Source: Chitinophagaceae bacterium
GTDB lineage: Bacteria; Bacteroidota; Bacteroidia; Chitinophagales; Chitinophagaceae
DNA: 64,000 bases
Assembly: GCA_039921505.1 (NCBI GenBank)
Contig: JBDSBR010000018.1
Location: 1,233-65,232, forward strand
Direction: 5' to 3'
The position numbers were made by a program, and so were the translations under genes. Shown here piece after piece: positions 10,116 to 18,768 of this stretch. Under the pieces are notes generated by a model, which worked only from the letters and a program-made list of their open reading frames with translations, was not told the origin of the DNA and ran no database searches. Numbering within the stretch: position 1 is the stretch's first letter; each line of letters starts with the position of its first letter.

Positions 10116-11276
10116 TTACTTCTTCATTCTTCTAAAAACAATAAGCTCCACCCGCCTATTCAGCGCTCTGCCTTCAGAAGTACTGTTGCTGGCAATTGGT
10201 TTTGATCTCCCATAAGGATGAACCTGGATAGAGGAGGAGGCAAGTATATTATTCTTCAATAACCATTGTCGTATACTTTCACTGCGTTCAAGACTCAACT
10301 GGAGGTTGCGGCTGTCACTGCCAACAGAATCCGTATGTCCCTCCACGTAAATACTGTCTATACCGGTATTGTTACCCGGACTGGTAAAAAAAGTTTCCAG
10401 CATTTCCAGGGCAGCAGGTTTCAGGTAAGCTTTATTGAAATCAAAAAATACATCACCCAGTTTCAGCGTATCTGCTTTGGGAGGCTGTACGGGTTCTTTT
10501 ATTACTGTAGTGAAAAGACTGTCTGTTTTAGTAAAGCTGATAGCCAGTTCGCCTTTTCCAAAAAGAGAATAGTCCATTTCTTTGTGACGAAAATTATAAT
10601 TGTATATTTTTTCTTTGTTGATGAAAAAATCAGGACAGTTCATTTCTTTTTTGTCTTCGGGGACAAGTTGAAAATTATCCAGTACCAGGGAAATAGTTTG
10701 CGTCCCTACCAGTTTCTTTTTGGCACCGGCAGTGTCTTCATCCGTATAGGTTCCGAATGTCAGGTATTGTTCCGTGCCATCGGCAATAAAACTGTATTCA
10801 AAGGCGAAAAAATTACTATTGGGAACAGGCTGAAGTCCTGTAATGACAACCGGCTTCAGGCTTTTGCTAAATGGCCGTTGAGGCACATAAAATTTTTGAC
10901 CGAGGCAGATCCCGGGTTTCAAATTGAGTTTGGGATTTAAACGGGCGCTGATAATTCCTTTAAAAGTATAACGCTTACCATTTTGCAGGCCACAGGGTAG
11001 CAGCGCACCGATGACCGGGGTGAACCCGGTATAGCCAGCCCAGTTATAGAAAATACCGAAGGAATTACTTCCCAACATTTTTGTATTGGTCTCATTGCTG
11101 AGCATCTGGGCTTTAACATCCCTCAGGTAGAACCATCCTTCCACACCACATTCGGCCGAATATTCTGTGCAGGTATTCACTTCTTCGAAACCACCATTGA
11201 GTAATAAATTGGTTTGCGGGAAACCAACTTTCCCTTGCAGCAGGATAGCTGCGAGAACAATTGTTTTCCTGGTCAA
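10116..11276 (-). CDS. OmpA-family protein
   Basis: Signal peptide; C-terminal VFFDFNK...EGHTDSVG...LSLERS...NRRVEL. TTG start. Confidence 0.85.
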   Translation of the reverse strand: MTRKTIVLAAILLQGKVGFPQTNLLLNGGFEEVNTCTEYSAECGVEGWFYLRDVKAQMLSNETNTKMLGSNSFGIFYNWAGYTGFTPVIGALLPCGLQNGKRYTFKGIISARLNPKLNLKPGICLGQKFYVPQRPFSKSLKPVVITGLQPVPNSNFFAFEYSFIADGTEQYLTFGTYTDEDTAGAKKKLVGTQTISLVLDNFQLVPEDKKEMNCPDFFINKEKIYNYNFRHKEMDYSLFGKGELAISFTKTDSLFTTVIKEPVQPPKADTLKLGDVFFDFNKAYLKPAALEMLETFFTSPGNNTGIDSIYVEGHTDSVGSDSRNLQLSLERSESIRQWLLKNNILASSSIQVHPYGRSKPIASNSTSEGRALNRRVELIVFRRMKK

Positions 11277-11369
11277 AGAAGATAATGATATGTTTAATCG
11301 CCAGCGAATAAATGAAAATAGAATTAATTATGGATAGCCGTGGTTTCGGTTTGGTTAAAATGTTCCGGG

Positions 11370-13502
11370 CTACACTACCTTTTTTACAAAAAGCCTGACA
11401 GAATTGATGGCCAGCACCACGTCACTCAGTCCCATAACCAATGCCCCGAAAGTAGGGGTAAGCAGGCCGAAGGCAGCTACGGGAAGGGCGATGATATTAT
11501 ACGCAAAGGCCCAGAAAAGGTTTTGCCTGATGGTGATATATGTGTGTTTACCAAGTCCCAGGGCGGAGGGAAGGTTCTTTAATCCATGATTCATTAAAAC
11601 CACCTGTGCTGATTGCATCGCAATCTGGGAAGCATCATTCATGGAAATCCCAATGGTAGCTTTTGCCAGCGCCGGCGCATCATTGATACCATCTCCCACC
11701 ATCGCAGTGGGAGTTTTAGCACTGAGTTCAGTGATTGTTGCAAGCTTTTGCTCCGGTGTTTGTTCAGCGATCACGGTATCAATACCGAGTTGTTCTGCAA
11801 GCTGTTGACAGTTGGCCAGCCTGTCGCCACTCAACAAAATAGTTTGGATATTTTTACGATGAAGGTAATCGATCACTGATTTTGCTTCAGGCCTGGTCTC
11901 ATCTTTTACATCCACCCAACCTGCAAGTGTATTGTTTTTGGTGATGTAGATATTATGTGATTCGTCAGCTGTTAATTGCCTGGCTACTTCAAAGGAACCC
12001 GCCCACCATTCATTGCCTTCCATATCTTCCGCTTTCATTCCCCTTCCTTTTACTTCTTCGATCTTTTTCCAGCGGATCTCTTCCTTTGTTTTCCATTCAT
12101 TCGTAATGGCTTTCGCAACCGGGTGATTAGAAAACTTTTCAAGACTATAAACGACTTTTTTAAATTCAGTCCCCTCTTCAACGATAGACACAAAACCAGA
12201 AACTATAAACTTTCCTGTGGTTAACGTTCCCGTTTTATCAAACACAACCTGTTTGATATCCTTAAATGTTTCCAGGCTGGTAGCATTACGGAAAAGAATA
12301 CCTGTTTTGGCAGCACGCCCCAGTCCAACGGCAATAGCTGCCGGTGTGGCAAGTCCCATGGCACAGGGGCAGGCAATGACCAGAACAGCGATGCTCCGCA
12401 TCAGGGCCGGGGTAAAATCTTTCAGGATGATCCAGTTAGCAGCCAGTGTCAGTACCGCAATACCGAGAACGACCGGGATAAAAATACCACTGATACGATC
12501 AGCCATTTGCTGAACAGGAGGTCTTTCACCCTGGGCCTCTTTTACTAAATTGAGAATACCGGAGAGCACCGTATCATTACCGGTAGCGGTTACTTGTGCC
12601 TTCGCGGTACCGTCACTGACCAGGCTTCCACCGATCAGGTTATCTTTTGCAACTTTATGGATGGGGGCGCTTTCTCCTGTTACGATCGCTTCGTTCACCT
12701 GCAGATCACCCCAAAGAATCTTACAATCGATCGGCACCTGTTCACCGCTTTTTAGCAGGACGAGGTCACCAACTCTTAGTTGTGTGTTTTCTACGGGAAA
12801 GATCTGTTCCTTGTGTTCATCATCAAAAGCGATCATGTTCGCCATCACTTTTTGCGACCTGGCAAGTTTATTTAATTCACGCTGCGTGGAATGGATCGAG
12901 GCCTCTTCCATCCAGTTACCAAGAAAGACCAGGGTAATGATGGTAGCAGCGGTTTCATAGAACATGTATTGCTCCGGCTGGCCGGTCAGGGATCCGTATA
13001 AACTATAAAAGAAAGCCGCAGTCGCGCCCACTGCGATCAGGACATTCATATTGGGAACGCGGTTACGGATGCTTTTCCAGGCGCTTTTACCAAAAAAACT
13101 CATGCCTACAGTATAGACCGGGATCGTTAATGCCAGTTGCACCCAATGATTCATCAGCCAGTGAATATGAATCCCGGGTATCATGTGCAGCATCAGTATG
13201 ACCGTAAAAGGGAAACAGAACCAGAAGCGCTGGAGATGGGTGGACAGGAAACCGGAATGACCTGCTTCATCATGTTCATGTCCGTGTGAATGCTCATCTG
13301 TACCTGCTACGGTATAACCCAGGTCACTGATGCCTTTGCTTATTTTTTCTTCGGCAATGGCTCCTTCTGCGTCAAATATCACATCACCGGTGGCAAAATT
13401 CACCCGTATATTCTTCATACCCTGTTTCTCAAGGTATTTATGAATATTAAGGGCACAGGTGGTACAATCCATGCCTTCTACTTTCCACTGCACTTTTTCC
13501 AT
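11370..13502 (-). CDS. Heavy-metal P1B-type ATPase, probably Cu+/Ag+ (CopA-like)
   Basis: GMDCTTC metal-binding domain, His-rich linker, TGES, CPC, DKTGT, GDGINDAP, YN and MGLSD TM ligands. Confidence 0.92.
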   Translation of the reverse strand: MEKVQWKVEGMDCTTCALNIHKYLEKQGMKNIRVNFATGDVIFDAEGAIAEEKISKGISDLGYTVAGTDEHSHGHEHDEAGHSGFLSTHLQRFWFCFPFTVILMLHMIPGIHIHWLMNHWVQLALTIPVYTVGMSFFGKSAWKSIRNRVPNMNVLIAVGATAAFFYSLYGSLTGQPEQYMFYETAATIITLVFLGNWMEEASIHSTQRELNKLARSQKVMANMIAFDDEHKEQIFPVENTQLRVGDLVLLKSGEQVPIDCKILWGDLQVNEAIVTGESAPIHKVAKDNLIGGSLVSDGTAKAQVTATGNDTVLSGILNLVKEAQGERPPVQQMADRISGIFIPVVLGIAVLTLAANWIILKDFTPALMRSIAVLVIACPCAMGLATPAAIAVGLGRAAKTGILFRNATSLETFKDIKQVVFDKTGTLTTGKFIVSGFVSIVEEGTEFKKVVYSLEKFSNHPVAKAITNEWKTKEEIRWKKIEEVKGRGMKAEDMEGNEWWAGSFEVARQLTADESHNIYITKNNTLAGWVDVKDETRPEAKSVIDYLHRKNIQTILLSGDRLANCQQLAEQLGIDTVIAEQTPEQKLATITELSAKTPTAMVGDGINDAPALAKATIGISMNDASQIAMQSAQVVLMNHGLKNLPSALGLGKHTYITIRQNLFWAFAYNIIALPVAAFGLLTPTFGALVMGLSDVVLAINSVRLFVKKVV

Positions 13503-13575
13503 CCCGCAAATTTACCAAAAGCAGGAAGCCGGTTTTTACGGCAATGGGAATATGTTTACAACATGGTTGTGAATT

Positions 13576-13692
13576 TAGCGAGTAGGGGATGGTAAGTGGC
13601 GAGTGGGGATCGTGAATTGTTGGGAATCGATTCCTGATTTCCCACTAGCCACTCCCACTCGCCACTAGCCACCACCCACTCACCACTCCCTA
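13576..13692. repeat. Heptamer inverted micro-repeat between divergent P-ATPase and tsaE
   Basis: GTGGCGAGTGGGG-type left arm; CCCACTAGCCACTCCCACTCGCCACTAGCCACC right arm. Confidence 0.8.
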
Positions 13693-13698
13693 CCTTTG
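13691..13698 (+). promoter_or_regulatory. Bacteroidota -7 promoter box (tsaE)
   Basis: TACCTTTG matches TAnnTTTG, immediately before the start. Confidence 0.65.
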
Positions 13699-13699
13699 C

Positions 13700-14128
13700 A
13701 TGATGGAATGGAGCTTTTCGCTAAATAATATCAACGATGTTGCAACCGAATTTTGGAAAGCCACAGAACAAAAGACAGTGTTTGCATTTCATGGTCCCAT
13801 GGGCTCAGGCAAAACCACTTTTATCCATGCATTATGTGAGGCAAAAGGCGTGAAAGATGTGGTAGGCAGCCCAACTTTTTCAATTATCAATGAGTATGAA
13901 TATAATTGCGAGGGAACTAAACGGCCCTTGTTTCATATGGACCTGTACCGTATAAAGGACGAGGATGAGGCTGCCCGTGCCGGTGTGGAAGATGCATTAT
14001 TCAGTGGATCTACCTGCCTGGTGGAATGGCCGGAAAAAGCGCCGGGCCTGTTCCCGGATCATACTATTCATGCTTATATCGAAGTCATTGACGGTGAAAC
14101 AAGGAGGTTAAAAATCGGCAGGAATTAG
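13700..14128 (+). CDS. tsaE: tRNA threonylcarbamoyladenosine biosynthesis ATPase TsaE
   Basis: GPMGSGKTT, SPTFSIINEY, HMDLYR, VEWPE. Start may be ATG 13703. Confidence 0.95.
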   Translation: MMEWSFSLNNINDVATEFWKATEQKTVFAFHGPMGSGKTTFIHALCEAKGVKDVVGSPTFSIINEYEYNCEGTKRPLFHMDLYRIKDEDEAARAGVEDALFSGSTCLVEWPEKAPGLFPDHTIHAYIEVIDGETRRLKIGRN

Positions 14129-14129
14129 G

Positions 14130-14137
14130 TACTTTTG
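14130..14137 (+). promoter_or_regulatory. -7 promoter box (ald)
   Basis: TACTTTTG, 125 nt upstream of the ATG. Confidence 0.55.
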
Positions 14138-14145
14138 AAGGGAGC

Positions 14146-14254
14146 GATGCTGATTCTGGATGCTGGATACTGGTTGCTGGTTCTTAAAGAACTGAAATGA
14201 CTTTCCGCATCGGAACATCCAGCATCCAGAATCCAGTATCTAACATCCAGAACC
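14146..14254. repeat. Heptamer inverted micro-repeat in ald leader
   Basis: CTGGATG/CTGGATA/CTGGTTG units mirrored by ATCCAGC/ATCCAGA/ATCCAGT units. Confidence 0.8.
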
Positions 14255-14261
14255 AACCAAC

Positions 14262-15476
14262 ATGAGCCAGCAGAAACCCAAAATAAGTACTTCTTTCAGC
14301 TACGAAACATTAGAGGAGACACTGGACATCAAACCCAAGGCGGAAGGGATGATGATCGGGATACCTAAGGAAATTGCTTTCCAGGAAAACCGTATCGCAC
14401 TTACCCCCGATGCGGTGAGTGTGCTGATCAGCAATGGTCACCAGGTAATGATCGAACATAATGCGGGTGAAGCTTCTCATTTCCGCGATAAGGATTACAG
14501 TGAAGCCGGTGCCAGGATCGTGTATGACCGGGAATCAGTTTTTAAAGCTCCCTTGCTGGTCAAAAGCGCCCCCATCGTGGATGAGGACCTGTCGCTGCTG
14601 CAAATGAACCAGATCATCATTTCTCCTATTCATCTTTCGGTAATGAAAGCGGAGATATTGGAGAAGATGATGGAAAAAAAGATCACGGCCATTTCCTTTG
14701 AGAACCTGAAAGACGACAGCGATTCTTATCCCATTGTCCGCAGCATGAGCGAGATCGCCGGCAGTGCAGTTATGCTGATCGCCGCGCAATACCTGGGTTC
14801 GGCCAACCATGGAAAAGGCGTGTTGCTGGGAGGTGTCTCCGGTATTGCTCCTACCAAAGTCATCATCATCGGGGCTGGTATCGTGGGTGAATACGCGGCA
14901 AGAGCGGCTCTTGCACTGGGAGCTTCCGTAAAGGTTTTTGACAACAGTGTATATCGTTTAAAGCGATTACAGAATAATATCGGTCATCGTTTATGGACCT
15001 CCGTAATCGAACCAAGAATGTTATCGAAGCAGTTAAAGACCTGTGAAGTGGCCGTTGGTGCCCTGGGTTCCGAAACAGGAAGAACACCAATGGTAGTTAC
15101 CGAGGAGATGGTGAGCAATATGCGCCCGGGCTCCGTGGTCATTGATGTGAGCATCGACCGCGGCGGTTGTTTTGAGACCTCGGAGATCACCTCGCATGAG
15201 CATCCCATCTTTATGAAGTATGGTGTGATCCATTATTGCGTACCTAATATTCCTTCGGGTTTTTCCCGTACCGCATCCCAGGCCATCAGTAATGTGTTGA
15301 TGCCTTTGCTTCTCGAAGCGGGTGAAGAAGGCGGGTTTGAAAACCTGCTCTGGCACCAGATCCATCTTCGCGCCGGGATCTATCTTTTTAAGGGAGCCCT
15401 GACCAATTTTTATCTCAGCCAGCGTTTTGACCTTAAATACACCGACCTCAATCTTTTAATTGCAAGCCAGCGATAG
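14262..15476 (+). CDS. ald: Alanine dehydrogenase family protein (Bacteroidota type with N-terminal extension)
   Basis: IGIPKEI...ENRIALTP, MSEIAG, IIGAGIVG, DVSIDRGGCFETS, HYCVPNIP. Confidence 0.85.
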   Translation: MSQQKPKISTSFSYETLEETLDIKPKAEGMMIGIPKEIAFQENRIALTPDAVSVLISNGHQVMIEHNAGEASHFRDKDYSEAGARIVYDRESVFKAPLLVKSAPIVDEDLSLLQMNQIIISPIHLSVMKAEILEKMMEKKITAISFENLKDDSDSYPIVRSMSEIAGSAVMLIAAQYLGSANHGKGVLLGGVSGIAPTKVIIIGAGIVGEYAARAALALGASVKVFDNSVYRLKRLQNNIGHRLWTSVIEPRMLSKQLKTCEVAVGALGSETGRTPMVVTEEMVSNMRPGSVVIDVSIDRGGCFETSEITSHEHPIFMKYGVIHYCVPNIPSGFSRTASQAISNVLMPLLLEAGEEGGFENLLWHQIHLRAGIYLFKGALTNFYLSQRFDLKYTDLNLLIASQR

Positions 15477-15603
15477 AATATTATCGGGCATTGACACCGT
15501 GTCAAAAAATAATACTGGTTTCGTCACATATTCATGTTCAATACATTGCAATTTCAAAAATTCAGGCGAGGGCGTATATTTATGTGTTAGCCGCAATATT
15601 TTC

Positions 15604-16212
15604 ATGACACTTCCACCAAAATACAGTGACACTGAATTGCAGTACATACTTGAGTTAGACTCTCAACAGCCGGACAATTTAAACGAACTGTCATTTATTC
15701 AAGACATACAAGACAATGGACAAATAAAATGGCGAGTGAATCACTTTTTATTTAAAAAAAATCTTTTGCCCTTACTACTTGACAATTCGACATTCAGAAA
15801 ATGGAAATTTTTCAAATCATTAAATTGGTTGATAGCTTTATTCATCATAGGCTTTGCTATTTGGACAGGTGACTATAAAATACTTTTTTTCTTAATTGTT
15901 TTTCCTTTCTTAATCATTCCGGTTGACCATTGGATTTTTATCCTTAACATGACAATAATTATAGGAATTAAAACATTAGCCAAACTTAATATTCCTTATT
16001 TCTGGTTTTTTGTGACAGCAATTGTAGTTGGTTATCTCCTTAATAAGGCCATCGACGAAATGATTGAAAGAAAAATATTAAGACAAGCTCTTAACGACTG
16101 GACAACTTTTTGGAAATATTATTCAAATAAAATGATTTGGATAGACCAAACTGCTTTGAATAATGAACACCAATTATTGACTGACAAGTATCCTGAATTA
16201 AGAAGTTTATAA
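15604..16212 (+). CDS. Hypothetical membrane protein (cassette 1, 202 aa)
   Basis: About 3 hydrophobic segments; ATG 15604 lies 10 nt after the GTTAGCC site, so the longer 15460 ORF start is rejected. Confidence 0.7.
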   Translation: MTLPPKYSDTELQYILELDSQQPDNLNELSFIQDIQDNGQIKWRVNHFLFKKNLLPLLLDNSTFRKWKFFKSLNWLIALFIIGFAIWTGDYKILFFLIVFPFLIIPVDHWIFILNMTIIIGIKTLAKLNIPYFWFFVTAIVVGYLLNKAIDEMIERKILRQALNDWTTFWKYYSNKMIWIDQTALNNEHQLLTDKYPELRSL

Positions 16213-16218
16213 TACTGC

Positions 16219-16414
16219 GGCTAACAGGCGGTTTGGCAATATGGCGGGGCGACGAATATATTCTCAGCTTTTTGTTCGCTATTGGGCTTCAGTTCCAGCC
16301 GACGAATAACCCCGAGCAAATGAATAAACAATGAATTTTTATTTATAAATTTAGCAGCAGTTACGGGCTGACGATTTTCAAATACCGCCACATCGCCAAG
16401 CTGTACCGTTAGCT
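16219..16414 (+). other. attC-like recombination site 1 (~196 bp)
   Basis: R'' GGCTAAC, 5 bp, L'' GTTTGGC ... L' GCCAAGC, 6 bp, R' GTTAGCT. Arms GGTTTGGCAATATGGCGG / CCGCCACATCGCCAAGCT are complementary apart from transitions. Confidence 0.75.
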
Positions 16415-16423
16415 GCCATTCAA

Positions 16424-16999
16424 ATGCTCAATTCTCCTCAACCATACAATGATTGGAAAGATTTTTTTACAAAGAGATTAGTTGACACCGGAGTTTTCCG
16501 CTTATCAGACACTTTTTCAAAGAGTGACACGGACATTGAAATTTATTCTGCATTGAAAGGTGATCCAGACACAACAATTCAAATAGGTTACTTTTCTTCA
16601 AGGACACTGATTTACATTCACATATTTAATCCTGCAACTCCTGGTAAGAACAGGCAACAAGAGATTGAGCATTTATACAAATATGAATTTGATGCGGAAC
16701 TGCAATATGGACCACCAGGGCTTGACTTTGATGAAATTAATGTTGCAGGAATAAGCAATTATTTAGACCAGGGTTTTAATGGCAGTGAGACTGTATATTA
16801 TCGAAATGGCAAGTCTGTGAAGTCGAGACTTACGACAAGTTATTATCCTGACAGCCCACAAAGCTCAATCACTTATCATTTTCATCAAGAATCGTTTTTC
16901 AGGAAACTTCTGAATAAAATAACAGGTCGAAGCGAAAAATATGACGAAGTAAAGACTGTTGTATTGCATGATGTCTTTAGGGGACTAAACGGCAGCTAA
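16424..16999 (+). CDS. Hypothetical protein (cassette 2, 191 aa)
   Basis: ATG 6 nt after GTTAGCTGCC; TAA stop lies inside the R'' site GCTAAC. No family recognised. Confidence 0.7.
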   Translation: MLNSPQPYNDWKDFFTKRLVDTGVFRLSDTFSKSDTDIEIYSALKGDPDTTIQIGYFSSRTLIYIHIFNPATPGKNRQQEIEHLYKYEFDAELQYGPPGLDFDEINVAGISNYLDQGFNGSETVYYRNGKSVKSRLTTSYYPDSPQSSITYHFHQESFFRKLLNKITGRSEKYDEVKTVVLHDVFRGLNGS

Positions 17000-17126
17000 C
17001 AGAGACTTGGCAAAAGGCGGACTACGAACTTCGAAGAAACATTTGTGCTGAGTTTAGTATTTGTGCTTCGTATGAAACTTTAGTGCTAAACATCCCCTTC
17101 GTCAAGCTGCAAAAATCTTAAGCGCC
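16994..17126 (+). other. attC-like site 2, right end degenerate
   Basis: AGCTAAC-AGAG-ACTTGGCAAAAGGCGG ... CCCCTTCGTCAAGC-TGCAAAAAT-CTTAAGCGCC; CTT stands where GTT is expected. Confidence 0.6.
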
Positions 17127-17144
17127 AATTAATCCCTCTAAATT

Positions 17145-17957
17145 TCACCTTTTCACCGTCACTCTCAAAAAGAACGCCTCGATCTCCGTCTTATTCGGAT
17201 CACCGCTTTTGTTTTGACTGTTAAACCAGTCTTCCAGTTCCTTTTGCAGGTCTGCAGTTTTACCATTTTTCTCAGCAGCTTCAAAAGCATTCATCGTAGG
17301 ACCATAAAAATTCCTGAAATCTTCCGCGAATTTCGCCGGCGAATAATCAGCGCTGAAAACAAAAGGATCACGGATAAAGGAAATATTTTCTTTGGGTATG
17401 CCTGCCTTTCCAAAGCGTTCGATCACTTGTTCCTGTACTCCCCAGAGCATAGGACTAATAAATCCATCCGGTGGCGGCGAGGTATAAGCTGAACTGATCT
17501 TTAAAAGCTGCGAGGCAAAAGAAGGATCACCGGGTATCCAGTTACCCATCACGATCCTGCCACCTGGTTTTGTAACACGTACCATTTCACTCGCCACATC
17601 AAAGGGTTTTGGCGCGAACATGGCGCCGAATATGCTTACAACAAGATCAAAACTTGCGTCTTCCAGGCCCTGCAGGTTGGTAGCATCACCTTCCTGGATA
17701 GTAATATTCGTCAGTCCTTCTTCTTTGATTCTTTTGTTGCCGGCTTCTACCAGGTTGCTTGCTATATCAACCCCTAAAACAGTTGCCCCGGTCTTTGCTT
17801 CGGGTATGGCCGTGGTGCCGTCACCACAACCCAGGTCCAGTACTTTCATGTCCTTAGTTACACCGATCCTGGATATCAGGTCAGCACCGCTTTCACGCAT
17901 GGTTTCGGCGATCCGGGTAAAGTCTCCTTTTTCCCATAAAGCTTTGTTTGGATTCAT
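17145..17957 (-). CDS. Class I SAM-dependent methyltransferase
   Basis: VLDLGCGDG, GVDIA, EGDA, SIFGAMFAP. Confidence 0.9.
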   Translation of the reverse strand: MNPNKALWEKGDFTRIAETMRESGADLISRIGVTKDMKVLDLGCGDGTTAIPEAKTGATVLGVDIASNLVEAGNKRIKEEGLTNITIQEGDATNLQGLEDASFDLVVSIFGAMFAPKPFDVASEMVRVTKPGGRIVMGNWIPGDPSFASQLLKISSAYTSPPPDGFISPMLWGVQEQVIERFGKAGIPKENISFIRDPFVFSADYSPAKFAEDFRNFYGPTMNAFEAAEKNGKTADLQKELEDWFNSQNKSGDPNKTEIEAFFLRVTVKR

Positions 17958-18081
17958 GTTTTTTAGTTTTAGGGGAAGAAAATTACGAATTATCTGTCGT
18001 TTTCCAAGTTTTATCTAGAGATCAACTGGTTGATGTTCAATAGATTCAGGTGAAAGGAAAAAATATTTGAAAAAAATTAAT

Positions 18082-18118
18082 TAAACGTTTGTTTAAATTA
18101 AACAATTGTTTAGTTTTG
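18082..18118 (+). promoter_or_regulatory. Efflux-operon promoter with two overlapping candidate TetR operators
   Basis: -33 TTTG (18088-91), 19 bp, -7 TAGTTTTG (18111-18). TAAAC-N4-GTTTA at 18082-95 and 18099-112. Confidence 0.75.
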
Positions 18119-18138
18119 CCCTCACAAAAAAATTAATC

Positions 18139-18768
18139 ATGGAATACAGTGACAAGCAGGTTCAGATCATGGAGGCGGCCGAAACACTTTTCGCGGCCAA
18201 GGGGTTCAACGGTACTTCTGTGAGAGATATCTCAGAAACGGCCCATGTGAACCAGGCCATGATCTCTTATTATTTCGGTTCCAAGGAAAAACTCTTTGAA
18301 GCCATGTTCGCCTACCGGAGCGGGTTCTTCAAACTGCAACTGGAAAACATGCTGCAGAACAAGGAGCTCACACCGATGGAGAAAATGGAACAACTGATCG
18401 ACCAGTATATTCTCAAACTGACCAACCAGCAATGTTTCCACCGGATCATGGTCAAGGAGCAGATGATGAATAATAATGAATTCATCACGGCCCAGATCCA
18501 CGAAATGAAACTGCGCAACCAGGGACTGATCAAACAACTGATCCAGGAAGGGCAGGACAAGGGTTTTTTCAAAAAAGATATTGATGTCCCGCTGATGATG
18601 ATGACCATGGTCGGTACCGTCAGCCAGCTGGTGACCACGCAGCATTTTTATAAAGAGATCAATGGTCTCCAGGATATGCCCGATGCCGAATTCCAGCAGC
18701 ATATCCGTACCAAACTCAGCCAGCATTTAAAAAAAATATTTAACGTAATACTTAGTAATGAAGAATAA
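18139..18768 (+). CDS. TetR/AcrR family regulator
   Basis: IMEAAETLFAAKGFNGTSVRDI...MISYYFGSKEKLF; ATG 18139. Confidence 0.92.
   Translation: MEYSDKQVQIMEAAETLFAAKGFNGTSVRDISETAHVNQAMISYYFGSKEKLFEAMFAYRSGFFKLQLENMLQNKELTPMEKMEQLIDQYILKLTNQQCFHRIMVKEQMMNNNEFITAQIHEMKLRNQGLIKQLIQEGQDKGFFKKDIDVPLMMMTMVGTVSQLVTTQHFYKEINGLQDMPDAEFQQHIRTKLSQHLKKIFNVILSNEE

Larger units (their letters stand above)
15587..17126 (+). mobile_element. Integron-like gene cassette array (2 cassettes, no integrase in window)
   Basis: GTTAGCCGCA (15587) ... ORF ... TGCGGCTAAC (16216); GTTAGCTGCC (16408) ... ORF ... GGCAGCTAAC (16991). Visibly AT-rich relative to flanks. Confidence 0.75.

Noticed and set aside
15460-15603. 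N-terminal extension of the cassette 1 ORF, and a possible integrase remnant here
   Set aside because: The extension overlaps ald and crosses the recombination site. No frame shows a convincing tyrosine-recombinase motif; one HIHV stretch is too weak.
17145-17957. Methyltransferase as an inverted third cassette
   Set aside because: No matching RYYYAAC/attC arm found beyond it; composition resembles the host.
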